DNA from: an uncultured Gammaproteobacteria bacterium
GTDB taxonomy: Bacteria; Patescibacteriota; Patescibacteriia; Magasanikbacterales; GWA2-37-8
Direction of reading: 5' to 3'
NCBI GenBank assembly: GCA_964540825.1
Contig: CAZINT010000004.1
Coordinates: forward strand, 24,835 to 88,834
Length of the DNA stretch: 64,000 nt
A model generated the notes under the pieces. That model searched no databases. It saw only the letters and a program-made list of their open reading frames with translations, and was not told where the DNA came from. Below are positions 1 to 9,756 of this stretch, piece by piece; the first letter of the stretch is position 1; every line of letters begins with the position of its first letter. The translations under genes were made by a program, and so were the position numbers.

Positions 1-660
1 ATTGCCGCCAAAGTAGACAAAAACAAAGTCTACTCCTGGGACGACGCCATAAAGCTTGTCAAAGAAACCAGTGGCGTTAAATTTGACGCCAGCGTGGAAG
101 TACACGCTCACCTAGGTATTGATCCTAAAAAGGGTGAACAACAGGTTCGCGCCAGTGCCACACTTCCTCACGGCACCGGTAAAACCAAAAAGGTAGCTGC
201 TTTTGTCAGCGCTGAAAAAGAAAAAGAAGCCAAAGACGCCGGCGCAGACTTTGTCTACGGGGAAGAAGACATTAAACGCATTAAAGATACCGGTAAAATT
301 GAATTTGATGTAGCGATCACTACCCCTGATATGATGGCCAAACTTGCCGTAGTTGCCAAAGTCCTTGGTCCAAAAGGTCTCATGCCTAATCCAAAAACTG
401 AAACCGTTAGTCCGAACGTCAAGAAAATGGTCGAAGAGCTCAAGAAAGGTAAAATCACTTTCAAGAACGATGACACCAGCAACATCCACCAATCTATTGG
501 TAAGGTCAGCTTTTCAGAAGCTCAGCTTAAAGAAAACCTTGCTGCCTTCCTCGATGTCTTGAAACGCGCCAAACCGGCAACTGCCAAAGGCACCTACCTT
601 CAAACTTTGGTTATTTGCACCACCATGGGCCCAGCGATTCGTATCGCCAGTGAAGCTTAA
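1..660 (+). CDS. rplA: 50S ribosomal protein L1, 5'-truncated by the window edge
   Basis: In-frame ORF from position 1. The translation matches the L1 family throughout and ends at TAA 658-660. Confidence 0.9.
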   Translation: MAAKVDKNKVYSWDDAIKLVKETSGVKFDASVEVHAHLGIDPKKGEQQVRASATLPHGTGKTKKVAAFVSAEKEKEAKDAGADFVYGEEDIKRIKDTGKIEFDVAITTPDMMAKLAVVAKVLGPKGLMPNPKTETVSPNVKKMVEELKKGKITFKNDDTSNIHQSIGKVSFSEAQLKENLAAFLDVLKRAKPATAKGTYLQTLVICTTMGPAIRIASEA

Positions 661-680
661 AAATTTTCTTCTAACAAACG

Positions 681-710
681 AAAAATCCCGATTGTGATCG
701 GGATTTTTTA
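681..710 (+). terminator. Rho-independent terminator after rplA
   Basis: Hairpin aaatcccgat-tgtg-atcgggattt followed by a T-run. Confidence 0.8.
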
Positions 711-786
711 TTTATCACAAAAAAGTCTTTTTTCTATTGCCAAACCCATATCGCTCTGCTATCATCCCATTGATTAATTTTACCCT

Positions 787-1350
787 ATGATTCTCTCTGA
801 CACCGACATTAGAAAGGCCTTAGCCGACGGCTCTATCACGGTTGACCCCTTCGATGAAAAATATATAAAAGCCGCTTCAATCGACCTGCACCTTGATAAA
901 CATTTTTTAGTATTTGATACCAAAAATAATTACGTGATTGACCCCAAGAAACCCATGGACGATATCATGGTACCCGTCGATATTGGCGAAGACCGCCCAT
1001 TTATCTTACACCCCGGCGAATTCGCGCTCGGCATGATTTATGAAAAAACAGGGGTTAACGACCGTATGGTAGCACGCCTCGAAGGCAAAAGTTCGGTTGG
1101 GCGTATGGGCCTCCTCATTCACGTCACCGCTGGTTTTCTTGACCCCGGCAACTGCCTCAAGATGACCCTCGAACTCCACAATGTCGCTAACATGCCCATC
1201 ATGCTCTACTACAAAATGCCGATCGCCCAGATGGCTTTTGAACATTTATCGAGCCCGTGTGCCAAACCGTACTCGGCCGATAGCGGCAGTAAATACATTG
1301 GCGACAACAGACCGGTGGCCAGCCAGATGTGGAAGAATTTTTTACCATAA
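787..1350 (+). CDS. dcd: dCTP deaminase
   Basis: 187 aa with Dcd/dUTPase-superfamily motifs in the translation. Promoter TTGCCA-17-TATCAT at 737-765; no Shine-Dalgarno. Confidence 0.85.
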   Translation: MILSDTDIRKALADGSITVDPFDEKYIKAASIDLHLDKHFLVFDTKNNYVIDPKKPMDDIMVPVDIGEDRPFILHPGEFALGMIYEKTGVNDRMVARLEGKSSVGRMGLLIHVTAGFLDPGNCLKMTLELHNVANMPIMLYYKMPIAQMAFEHLSSPCAKPYSADSGSKYIGDNRPVASQMWKNFLP

Positions 1351-1353
1351 ACT

Positions 1354-1911
1354 ATGTCTCAAAAAGTTATTTTTGGTTTTGTCGGACAAATGGGTTCAGG
1401 TAAAGGAACGGCAGCGAAATATCTCGAAGAAAAACATGGCGCCAAAACTTACAAATTTTCAACCATCCTGCGCGACATTCTTGGTCGCCTGTACTTACCC
1501 ACGAGCCGCGACAACATGGTCAAAACATCCGAAATGGTTCGGTCTACGTTTGGCGAAGAAACCTTAGCACGCGTCATTGCCGAAGATGTGGGCACAAATG
1601 ACGCCCCGCTTATTATGATCGACGGCATTCGCCGCACCGCTGATTGTGCCTACCTTTTTAAGCTTCCTGAATTTGTTCTCGTTGAAGTAACTGCAGCCAT
1701 GGATGTGCGCCTCAAGCGCATCCAACAACGCGGCGAAAACCCCGACGACGCGACACTGACCATGGAACAATTCAAGTCGAATCACGAACGCTCGACCGAA
1801 GTAAGTATTGCTGAAATTGCCGCGAAAGCCACCGAACGAATTGATAATAACGGCGATACTGCAGCGCTCGAAGCTCAGATTGACGCGCTTGTTGCCAAAT
1901 ATCAAAAATAA
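1354..1911 (+). CDS. P-loop nucleotide kinase (adenylate/cytidylate-kinase-like), precise substrate unknown
   Basis: Walker A GQMGSGKGT near the N-terminus, 185 aa, embedded in the dcd-dut-thyA-folA-tmk cluster. Confidence 0.5.
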   Translation: MSQKVIFGFVGQMGSGKGTAAKYLEEKHGAKTYKFSTILRDILGRLYLPTSRDNMVKTSEMVRSTFGEETLARVIAEDVGTNDAPLIMIDGIRRTADCAYLFKLPEFVLVEVTAAMDVRLKRIQQRGENPDDATLTMEQFKSNHERSTEVSIAEIAAKATERIDNNGDTAALEAQIDALVAKYQK

Positions 1912-1924
1912 ATCTTCTTCAGCT

Positions 1925-2356
1925 ATGCAGGTAACCATTAAACGCATTGATCAAAGCCTTCCCCTGCCCGAGTATCACACGAGTGGCGCCGCTGGTTTTG
2001 ATTTTTACGCCCGCGAAGCTGCCACGATTGCCCCGCACAGCCTCGCTAAAATACCTTCAAATCTTATTATCGCAACTCCCCCTGGCTACGCTCTTATTAT
2101 GGCCGCTCGTTCTAGCCTCTCCCTTAAAAAGGGCCTAAAGCAGGCCAATGGCATTGGCGTTATTGATAGCGATTATTGCGGACCCGAAGATGAAATTTCT
2201 ATTGCTGTCCATAACTTTACTGATCAACCCGTCACTGTTGAACGTGGCGAACGAATTGCCCAAGGACTGTTTATTAAAGTCGAACAAGCTGCATGGAACG
2301 AAGTTGCGGAGATGTCGGGTGCAAGTCGCGGCGGCTTTGGCAGCACCGGAAAATAA
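1925..2356 (+). CDS. dut: dUTP diphosphatase
   Basis: dUTPase motifs in the translation (AGFDFYA, GVIDSDYCG, RGGFGSTG). Start chosen at ATG 1925; the upstream part of the ORF overlaps the kinase gene. Confidence 0.9.
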   Translation: MQVTIKRIDQSLPLPEYHTSGAAGFDFYAREAATIAPHSLAKIPSNLIIATPPGYALIMAARSSLSLKKGLKQANGIGVIDSDYCGPEDEISIAVHNFTDQPVTVERGERIAQGLFIKVEQAAWNEVAEMSGASRGGFGSTGK

Positions 2357-2380
2357 TTTTTTCATATTTAAAAAACACCT

Positions 2381-3253
2381 ATGCGACAATACCTCGACAT
2401 TGTTCAGAATGTTTTAGATAACGGACTCGAGAAGGACGATCGCACCGGCGTCGGCACCATCGCTATCCCGGGCGCTTTTTTTCAGCATGATCTTAAAAAC
2501 GGTTTTCCACTTCTTACTACCAAAAAAATTCCGTTTCGCCTCATCGCCACTGAACTCGAATTTTTTATTAAAGGCATCACCGATAAACAGTGGCTCATTG
2601 ATCACAATAATCATATCTGGGATGAATGGGCTCACCCCAAAAAAGCCCCCTACGGCCACGACGAAGCAAGTAAAAAACGCATGCGCGACGAACGCGACCT
2701 CGGGCCGATTTATGGTTTTCAGTGGCGGCACTTTGGCGCCAAGTACGTTTCGTACGATACCGATTATACCGGCCAGGGCGTAGATCAGCTTCAAAACCTG
2801 GTGAACACACTCAAAAAAAATCCATCCGACCGCCGCATGATTGTTAATTCCTGGAACCCGGTCAGCTTGCCAGAAATGGGTTTGCCGCCCTGCCACTATT
2901 GTTACCAAGTAACCGTTATCAAAGGACGCCTCAATTTATTTTGGAACCAACGTTCCGTCGACACCATGCTGGGCCTGCCGTTTAACATTGCCAGCTATGC
3001 GCTTCTCCTCCACCTGCTCGCTAAAGAAGCCGGGCTTGAAGAAGGTGCGCTCACCGGCTTTTTAGCTGATGTACATATTTATAAAAATCACCAAGCCGGA
3101 GCACGCGAACAATTGACGCGCGACCCGAACATGTACCCATTACCAAAACTTGTCACCAACAACTTTACGTCTATTTTCGACTGGAAAGCAGAAGATACCG
3201 AAGTGGTTGGGTACGAAAGCTATCCACGCATCGCTTTTGAAATCGCAGTCTAG
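2381..3253 (+). CDS. thyA: Thymidylate synthase
   Basis: 290 aa; ThyA active-site region with PPCHYCYQ, and DRRMIVNSWNP. Confidence 0.95.
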   Translation: MRQYLDIVQNVLDNGLEKDDRTGVGTIAIPGAFFQHDLKNGFPLLTTKKIPFRLIATELEFFIKGITDKQWLIDHNNHIWDEWAHPKKAPYGHDEASKKRMRDERDLGPIYGFQWRHFGAKYVSYDTDYTGQGVDQLQNLVNTLKKNPSDRRMIVNSWNPVSLPEMGLPPCHYCYQVTVIKGRLNLFWNQRSVDTMLGLPFNIASYALLLHLLAKEAGLEEGALTGFLADVHIYKNHQAGAREQLTRDPNMYPLPKLVTNNFTSIFDWKAEDTEVVGYESYPRIAFEIAV

Positions 3254-3256
3254 TCT

Positions 3257-3730
3257 ATGATCACGCTTATTGCCGCTATTGCTGAAAATAATTGTATTGG
3301 CTCTCACAATACACTTCCTTGGAATATACCCGAGGATCTTAAACATTTTCGAGATCTTACCCGCGGCAAAACCGTTCTTATGGGCCGCAAAACATTCGAT
3401 TCGATTATTGCCCTCAACGGTAAACCGCTCCCCAACCGTCTCAATATCGTTGTTACCAAACAAGACAATTTTACTGCCCCGGAAGGTGTTGAAATTTTTC
3501 ATACCATCGACCAAGCTCTCAGCGCTCACAGCGACGAAGATCTCTGGATTATTGGCGGCTCACAAATCTATCAGGAAACAATTGCTCGCGCCAACCGCCT
3601 TGAAATTACCCATATTCACCAAACCGTTGAGGGCGACGCATTTTTCCCAGCCATTGATCCACTGCTTTGGCAAGAAGTAGCGCGAGCTGATTACGATGGA
3701 TTTAGTTTTGTCACCTACGACAAAAAATAA
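3257..3730 (+). CDS. folA: Dihydrofolate reductase
   Basis: 157 aa; MITLIAAIAENNCIGSHNTLPW and GRKTFDSI motifs. Confidence 0.85.
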   Translation: MITLIAAIAENNCIGSHNTLPWNIPEDLKHFRDLTRGKTVLMGRKTFDSIIALNGKPLPNRLNIVVTKQDNFTAPEGVEIFHTIDQALSAHSDEDLWIIGGSQIYQETIARANRLEITHIHQTVEGDAFFPAIDPLLWQEVARADYDGFSFVTYDKK

Positions 3731-3739
3731 TGTATACTT

Positions 3740-4462
3740 ATGCAGTACAGCGGCAAATTCATCGTGCTCGACGGTACCGAAGGATCGGGCAAAAGCACCG
3801 TCGTTGATTTTTGGAAAAAAAATCTGGAAGACCAGGGCAAAAAAATCTTTGATCTCAAAGCGTACTGGAAAAAACACGATGCACAGCCAACAGTCGAAGA
3901 GGTCTTGGCAGCCGACATTATTTTTAGTGCCGAGATGAGCTACACCGGCATCGGCAAAGTGCTGCGCGAAGAATTAATTTGTAAAGGCACTGACTATCCA
4001 GCACTTGCCATTGCCGAAGCCTATGCGCTCGACCGCATGATTTTGTACAAAAAGTTTTTTATTCCTGCACTCGCTGCCGGCAAAACTATCATCTCCGACC
4101 GATCAGTCAGTACTTCACTGGTGTACCAAACCATTTCCGACCCGAGCATTACCTACGAAACGATTAGGAAGCTCCCCGGTAATGCTGTTGCTTTATCGTA
4201 CCCACCAACCGACCTCATCCTCTTTCAACTTGACCCTGAAGTCGGCTTGGCTCGCCTCGCTTCGCGTTTTGATAAAAACGATAACGCCATATTTGAAGAA
4301 GCAAATTTCCAAAAAAAGGCCTACGCCAAATTCATGGAGCCGGAATTCCAGAATATTTTTAAAGACCTGGGAACAACAATTCATTATTTGGCAGCAGACG
4401 CTGAACCTGCTATACTGCAAGCAAATTCACTCGTGCTTCTGAACCAGATACTTGCACGTTAA
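3740..4462 (+). CDS. tmk: Thymidylate kinase-like
   Basis: P-loop LDGTEGSGKST and an overall Tmk-like layout, next to thyA and folA. Confidence 0.75.
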   Translation: MQYSGKFIVLDGTEGSGKSTVVDFWKKNLEDQGKKIFDLKAYWKKHDAQPTVEEVLAADIIFSAEMSYTGIGKVLREELICKGTDYPALAIAEAYALDRMILYKKFFIPALAAGKTIISDRSVSTSLVYQTISDPSITYETIRKLPGNAVALSYPPTDLILFQLDPEVGLARLASRFDKNDNAIFEEANFQKKAYAKFMEPEFQNIFKDLGTTIHYLAADAEPAILQANSLVLLNQILAR

Positions 4463-4488
4463 ACATTTAACTCATTTAATTTTTCGTT

Positions 4489-5313
4489 ATGCTTCTTTCC
4501 GTATCGGAAATTCTGAAAGACACCTTTCGCCTCTATGGCAAAAATTGGCGCATTATTCTGCCTTACTGCGCGCTGGTATTTGTTCCGGCGGCCATTTTGG
4601 CATTGCTCGGCGTTGGCAGTGTCTACCTTACAACGATTCTTCCCACCTCTGACCTTATTAATAATATTGTCATAGCCCTTCTCAGTGTCGGAAGTTGGTT
4701 TATTGGCTACTGGGCAATGCTCGGACTTGCGCTTGCGACCAAAGACATGCTCGAAGGTCTCCCGCTTCCCACCTGGAAACAAGGGCTGGCTGCGACCGGC
4801 AATGTGGTGCTTCCGATTCTTTGGGTCTCATTTTTAACCAGTCTTTTTGTCGGCCTCTGGACCCTCCTTTTTATTATCCCGGGTATTATCTTTAGTCTTT
4901 ACTACGTATTTAGCGGTTACAGCGTGCTTTTCGACAACCAGCGCGGCTTTGGCGCTCTGCGCTTCAGCAAAGCCCTCGTCAAAGGACGTTGGTGGTCAGT
5001 TGCCTGGCGCGTTGGAGCGACCGGACTTCTCTTTGGCATCCTGGTAAGTATCCTTGTTTTTATCCTAACAGTTCCTTTCACCGTTATTTTATCCATGAAT
5101 TCCATTGACGCTTCGGCCATCCAGGAAGCAGGCCGTACCCTCAGCACCACCGAAGTACTGGCCACCATGATGGCGGGCATCATGAGCAGCCTCGGCAAAG
5201 CGCTTGCCGGGCCGCTCGCGACCATTGCGCTCGTTATTATCTATCACGATATTCGCAAAAACCCACTTCCAGCAGTTGTGCCCGGGACGCTGACACCGCC
5301 CACCAACGCCTAA
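4489..5313 (+). CDS. Polytopic membrane protein, function unknown
   Basis: Six or more hydrophobic helices; no recognisable motif. Confidence 0.5.
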   Translation: MLLSVSEILKDTFRLYGKNWRIILPYCALVFVPAAILALLGVGSVYLTTILPTSDLINNIVIALLSVGSWFIGYWAMLGLALATKDMLEGLPLPTWKQGLAATGNVVLPILWVSFLTSLFVGLWTLLFIIPGIIFSLYYVFSGYSVLFDNQRGFGALRFSKALVKGRWWSVAWRVGATGLLFGILVSILVFILTVPFTVILSMNSIDASAIQEAGRTLSTTEVLATMMAGIMSSLGKALAGPLATIALVIIYHDIRKNPLPAVVPGTLTPPTNA

Positions 5314-5321
5314 TATCTACT

Positions 5322-5353
5322 AAAAAACAGCCCTTCCTCAAGGCTGTTTTTTA
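5322..5353 (+). terminator. Rho-independent terminator
   Basis: aaacagcc-cttcctcaa-ggctgttt followed by a T-run. Confidence 0.8.
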
Positions 5354-5407
5354 TTTGCCAAAAGATACCTAAAATGGTACGCTCAGAGTACTTTTCTCTT
5401 GTTTTTT

Positions 5408-6955
5408 ATGCCAAAACTCATTCCTATTATCGGTCTTGAAATTCATGTCGAGCTCAAAACTAAATCTAAGATGTTTTGCTCGTGCGTGAATGACCCTTTT
5501 ATTGATACGCCAAACACCAATATTTGCGAAGTCTGCCTGGCGCACCCCGGCACCCTTCCGGTACCAAACAAAATCGGTATTGTCGGCGCGATTGGAATCG
5601 CCAAAGCCCTTAACTGCACCATCGCAAAAACAAGCAAATTTGATCGCAAACATTATTTTTACCCCGATCTTCCCAAGGGTTACCAAATTTCTCAGTATGA
5701 CCAACCTATTGGTGAACACGGTTTTATTGAACTTGAAATAGCAGGCGCAAACCATCGTCCTACTGCTCGTATTGGCGTGACGCGCGTCCATATGGAAGAG
5801 GATACGGCCAAACTTGACCATGCTGCTAGTGGCACTGCTTTGGTTGATTTTAACCGTGCCGGGGTACCACTCGTCGAAATTGTTTCCGACCCCGATGTTG
5901 AAAGCGCTGCCGAGGCCAAGGCCTACTGTCAGGAACTCCAGCTCATTTTCCGCACCCTTGGCGTCAGTAATGCTGATATGGAAAAAGGCCAGATGCGCTG
6001 CGAAGCAAACATCTCTCTTCAAGCGGAAGGCAGTTATACAAATGTGAACGGTGTGATTACCCCCAATGAAGGTGTCAGACTTAACTCCAAAGTTGAAGTA
6101 AAAAATATCAACTCCTTCCGCGCTGTTGAGAAGGCGATTGAGTTTGAAATTAAACGACAGACCGAACTGATTGAAAAAGGCGAAACGTGGATCCCCGAAA
6201 CACGCGGCTGGGATGAAAAAAAACAAGCTACCATCCATCAGCGCAGCAAAGAATCGAGCGCTGATTATCGTTATTTCCCTGAACCGGATATTCCACCGTT
6301 TAACCCGTTGCTGCTTAGTGAAGCAGTTATTTTGCCTGAACTCCCCCAAGCCAAACGCTTACGTTTTGTAACTGAATATGGCTTTTCTAAGGCTGACGCC
6401 CAAATCCTCACCAGCGATCCGGAATGGGCAATTTTCACTGAAAACGTCATGAGCGAACTCACCGAATGGCTGCACTGTCTCCCTGAGAGCAAGGATGACA
6501 GCCCGGAAGTACATCAGAATAAAAAGCAGCAACTGGCGAAGCTTGCCGGCGGCTGGCTCACCACCAAACTCATGGGTGCCATGGCCGAGCGCAAAACTGA
6601 CATCCGCATCCTCCGCATTAAAGAAGAGAACTTTGCCGAACTGATGGCGCTTATTTACACCAACCGCGTCAACTCCACCAACGCGCAAAAAATCCTTATC
6701 GAAATGCTTGATTCTGGTGTCGATATGGACCCAACGCATATCATGGAAGACAAAGGGTATGGACAGATTAGCGACGAAGGCAAACTTGGCACCGTAGCGG
6801 ACGATATTATCAAAAACCATCCAGAACAGGTCGCTCAATTTAAAGCTGGCAAGGAACCGATTATCAAATTCCTCGTCGGCATGCTCATGAAAGCGACCGA
6901 AGGAAGTGCAGACCCGCAGATAGCCGAAAAATTGCTCCGGGAAAAGATGCGGTAA
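5408..6955 (+). CDS. gatB: Asp-tRNA(Asn)/Glu-tRNA(Gln) amidotransferase subunit B
   Basis: GatB motifs (IGLEIHVEL, FDRKHYFYPDLPKGYQISQ) and a C-terminal GatB_Yqey-like domain. Start taken at MPKLIP. Confidence 0.9.
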   Translation: MPKLIPIIGLEIHVELKTKSKMFCSCVNDPFIDTPNTNICEVCLAHPGTLPVPNKIGIVGAIGIAKALNCTIAKTSKFDRKHYFYPDLPKGYQISQYDQPIGEHGFIELEIAGANHRPTARIGVTRVHMEEDTAKLDHAASGTALVDFNRAGVPLVEIVSDPDVESAAEAKAYCQELQLIFRTLGVSNADMEKGQMRCEANISLQAEGSYTNVNGVITPNEGVRLNSKVEVKNINSFRAVEKAIEFEIKRQTELIEKGETWIPETRGWDEKKQATIHQRSKESSADYRYFPEPDIPPFNPLLLSEAVILPELPQAKRLRFVTEYGFSKADAQILTSDPEWAIFTENVMSELTEWLHCLPESKDDSPEVHQNKKQQLAKLAGGWLTTKLMGAMAERKTDIRILRIKEENFAELMALIYTNRVNSTNAQKILIEMLDSGVDMDPTHIMEDKGYGQISDEGKLGTVADDIIKNHPEQVAQFKAGKEPIIKFLVGMLMKATEGSADPQIAEKLLREKMR

Positions 6956-6967
6956 AATTATTTAAAT

Positions 6968-6992
6968 AGCCCGTAAACACGGGCTATTTTTT
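6968..6992 (+). terminator. Rho-independent terminator after gatB
   Basis: agcccg-taaaca-cgggct followed by T6. Confidence 0.8.
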
Positions 6993-7029
6993 ATAAAGTG
7001 CACACTTTAAGTATGTGGACAACACACCT

Positions 7030-7137
7030 TTGACGCACCTGCAATACCCTGCTACACTTAAACGTATGAAACCTATCCTCCCTCACAACCCCTTCCTTTC
7101 CTAGTTGTCGGCCACCCGTATATGGGTGGTTTTTTTA
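7030..7137 (+). promoter_or_regulatory. Pyrimidine (pyrBI-type) transcription attenuator: promoter, leaderless 12-codon leader peptide and intrinsic terminator
   Basis: TTGACG 7030-7035, 17-nt spacer, TACACT 7053-7058. The ORF MKPILPHNPFLS* at 7066-7104 starts about 1-7 nt after the predicted transcription start, and its RNA is C/U-rich. The terminator ccaccc-gtatat-gggtgg plus U7 at 7113-7137 lies 20 nt before the pyrB ATG. Confidence 0.6.
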
Positions 7138-7156
7138 TAAACAAACTTCGCTCTCT

Positions 7157-8080
7157 ATGAAGATACCTTTTACAGGCCGCGATATTATTTCCATCGGCGA
7201 GCTGACCACGCAAGATATTCTTACAGTTCTAGCGACAGCCAAAAAACTTAAGGCAAAACCTCAACCTACCCTGCTCAAAGGTTTAACTATGGCCAGCTGT
7301 TTTTTTGAGCCCTCCACACGAACGAGGCTCTCGTTTGAAACTGCTATGCAAAAACTGGGTGGTCAGGTAATTGGTTTTGCGGACCCAAGTGCTACATCAA
7401 CCAAAAAGGGTGAAACACTCCATGACACGATCAAAATGGTCGAAGGGTATGCGGATATTATTATTCTACGGCATTACCTGGAAGGCGCTGCGAGGCGAGC
7501 CGCCGAAGTAAGCAGCAAGCCGGTCATTAATTGTGGTGACGGCGCCAATCAACACCCTACCCAAACATTGATCGATCTGTATACTATTCAGGAGTGCCAG
7601 AAAAAATTAACCGGCCTTAAAGTTGCGCTTGTCGGCGATCTCAAATACGGCCGCACCGTACATTCCTTGGCCGAGGCACTCACCCATTTTGGAGCACGCC
7701 TCTATTTTGTTGCCCCCGAAGCACTCGCTATGCCAAGCCAGGTAACCAGCCACCTTAAAAAACAAGAGGTTGTTTTTTCTGAACATCAAACAATTGAAAC
7801 TGTTATTGAAGATGTCGATATTGTCTACATGACTCGCATCCAAGCCGAACGCTTTGCCGATCCTTATGAATACGAACGAGTCAAAAATATTTTTGTTCTG
7901 GCTCCTAAAACCTTAGAAAAAAGTAAAAAAAATTTACGCATTTTGCACCCGCTTCCCCGTGTAAACGAAATTATGCCGGAAGTCGACGTATTGCCTCAAG
8001 CCTATTATTTTGAACAAGCGGCCAACGGCGTCTTCGTGCGTCAAGCGCTTTTAGGGCTCATCTCGGGTAAACTAAAATAA
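7157..8080 (+). CDS. pyrB: Aspartate carbamoyltransferase catalytic subunit
   Basis: STRTR and HPxQ motifs; 307 aa. Confidence 0.95.
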   Translation: MKIPFTGRDIISIGELTTQDILTVLATAKKLKAKPQPTLLKGLTMASCFFEPSTRTRLSFETAMQKLGGQVIGFADPSATSTKKGETLHDTIKMVEGYADIIILRHYLEGAARRAAEVSSKPVINCGDGANQHPTQTLIDLYTIQECQKKLTGLKVALVGDLKYGRTVHSLAEALTHFGARLYFVAPEALAMPSQVTSHLKKQEVVFSEHQTIETVIEDVDIVYMTRIQAERFADPYEYERVKNIFVLAPKTLEKSKKNLRILHPLPRVNEIMPEVDVLPQAYYFEQAANGVFVRQALLGLISGKLK

Positions 8081-8085
8081 TTCTT

Positions 8086-8559
8086 ATGATTACTACAGCA
8101 AATCCCCACCTCCAGGTTGCGGCCATTAAACACGGCACGGTGATCGACCACATCAGCGATAAACACGCCCTTAAAATTATTCAACTGCTTCACCTGGCGA
8201 GTGGCGGAACGACGGTCACCGTCGGACTCAATTTGCCGAGTAAAAAAATGGGCTCTAAAGACCTGATTAAAATTGCTGACAGAGAAATTAGTCTCGAAGA
8301 GGCAAATCGCATCGCCCTATTTTCTCCTGAAGCAAGCATTAACATCATCCGCAATTTTAAAATAGTTAAAAAATTTGCAGTTACGTTGCCTAAAAAAATT
8401 TCGGGCCTGCTGGTTTGCCCAAACCCAAAATGTATTACCAACCACGAACTGATGACAACACTGTTTACTGTCGAGAAAAACAAAAAAACCATTGATCTTG
8501 TATGCACCTATTGTGAAAAATTATTTGAGCGAGACGAAATCCAAATCTACCCAACATAG
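8086..8559 (+). CDS. pyrI: Aspartate carbamoyltransferase regulatory subunit
   Basis: 157 aa; C-terminal zinc domain CPNPKC...CTYCE. Confidence 0.9.
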   Translation: MITTANPHLQVAAIKHGTVIDHISDKHALKIIQLLHLASGGTTVTVGLNLPSKKMGSKDLIKIADREISLEEANRIALFSPEASINIIRNFKIVKKFAVTLPKKISGLLVCPNPKCITNHELMTTLFTVEKNKKTIDLVCTYCEKLFERDEIQIYPT

Positions 8560-8571
8560 AAACGCTCGTAT

Positions 8572-9750
8572 ATGCGTATTCCAACATACCACGGACAATG
8601 GATTGAAGCGCCCCAAGTGTTTTCCGGCCAGCGTTTACTGGCGCTGCCGGCCGTGATTGATTGTCACGTTCATTTCCGCACACCGGGACAAGAATACAAA
8701 GAAGATTGGATTACCGGTGCGGCAGCTGCTCTGGCTGGCGGCGTCACGACTGTTGGTGACATGCCGAATAATGTACCAAGCATTACCACTGCAAAACTTC
8801 TTGCGACTAAGAAAGAATTAATTACGGGTATACTTACTAAACATAATCTAAAAATACACCCTTATTTTTATTTTGGCGCAACTAATACCAATTTTGAAGA
8901 AATTAAAAAAGTTGCGGATGAAATTATTGGCATCAAAGTGTTCCTCGGATCAAGTACCGGGGACTTATTAGTAGACGATCCCGCCGCTCAAGAAAAAATC
9001 TTTGCGCTCGCGCACGAACTTGATCTACCGGTAGCAGTTCATGCAGAGGATGAAGCCTTGATCCTACACAACAAAAAAGAATACCCGCATCCAGAGCTTC
9101 GTGATCACTCAGTGATCCGATCACCTGAAGTCGCCGCCCACGGGGTGGCACGGGCCATTGAATTGTGCGAACGTTTTGGTGCAAAAATATATATTCTGCA
9201 TGTCAGTACGCCCGGCGAGCTCAACTTGATCAGAAAAGCTAAGCGTGAAGGGCTGCCGGTTTTCGCTGAAGCAACACCACATCATCTTTTTTTAACTACC
9301 GACGATTACGAACGCCTTGGCAGCAAGGCTCAGATAAACCCGCCACTTCGGATCGCAGCTGACCAAGCCGCGCTCTGGCAGGCTGTTATTGACAGAACAA
9401 TCGACACCGTCGCTTCAGATCACGCACCGCACACACTTACAGAAAAATATATAGCATATCCAGAATCCCCCTCTGGTATGCCGGGTGTTGAAACACTACT
9501 ACCCCTTCTCTTAGATACACATGCACAAGGCAAACTAAGCCTGGAGCGGATCGTCGAGCTTACTCACACCAACCCACAAAAAATATTTGGTTTACCCGAA
9601 ACTCATGACTGGGTAATTGTTGACCTGGACGGAACATGGACCATTGACGACGCTGCACTTAAAACTAAATGTGGCTGGTCAACTTTTGCCGGCAAAAAAC
9701 TACAAGGGAAAATCCTTGGCATTGTTTCAAATACCTTACCTCTAGCTTAA
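8572..9750 (+). CDS. pyrC: Dihydroorotase
   Basis: Amidohydrolase metal-ligand motifs DCHVHFR and DHAPH; 392 aa. Confidence 0.85.
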   Translation: MRIPTYHGQWIEAPQVFSGQRLLALPAVIDCHVHFRTPGQEYKEDWITGAAAALAGGVTTVGDMPNNVPSITTAKLLATKKELITGILTKHNLKIHPYFYFGATNTNFEEIKKVADEIIGIKVFLGSSTGDLLVDDPAAQEKIFALAHELDLPVAVHAEDEALILHNKKEYPHPELRDHSVIRSPEVAAHGVARAIELCERFGAKIYILHVSTPGELNLIRKAKREGLPVFAEATPHHLFLTTDDYERLGSKAQINPPLRIAADQAALWQAVIDRTIDTVASDHAPHTLTEKYIAYPESPSGMPGVETLLPLLLDTHAQGKLSLERIVELTHTNPQKIFGLPETHDWVIVDLDGTWTIDDAALKTKCGWSTFAGKKLQGKILGIVSNTLPLA

Positions 9751-9756
9751 TTGTAT

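Noticed and set aside
5369-6349. 326-aa ORF on the minus strand
   Set aside because: It is an antisense shadow of gatB with no motifs. gatB on the plus strand is unambiguous.
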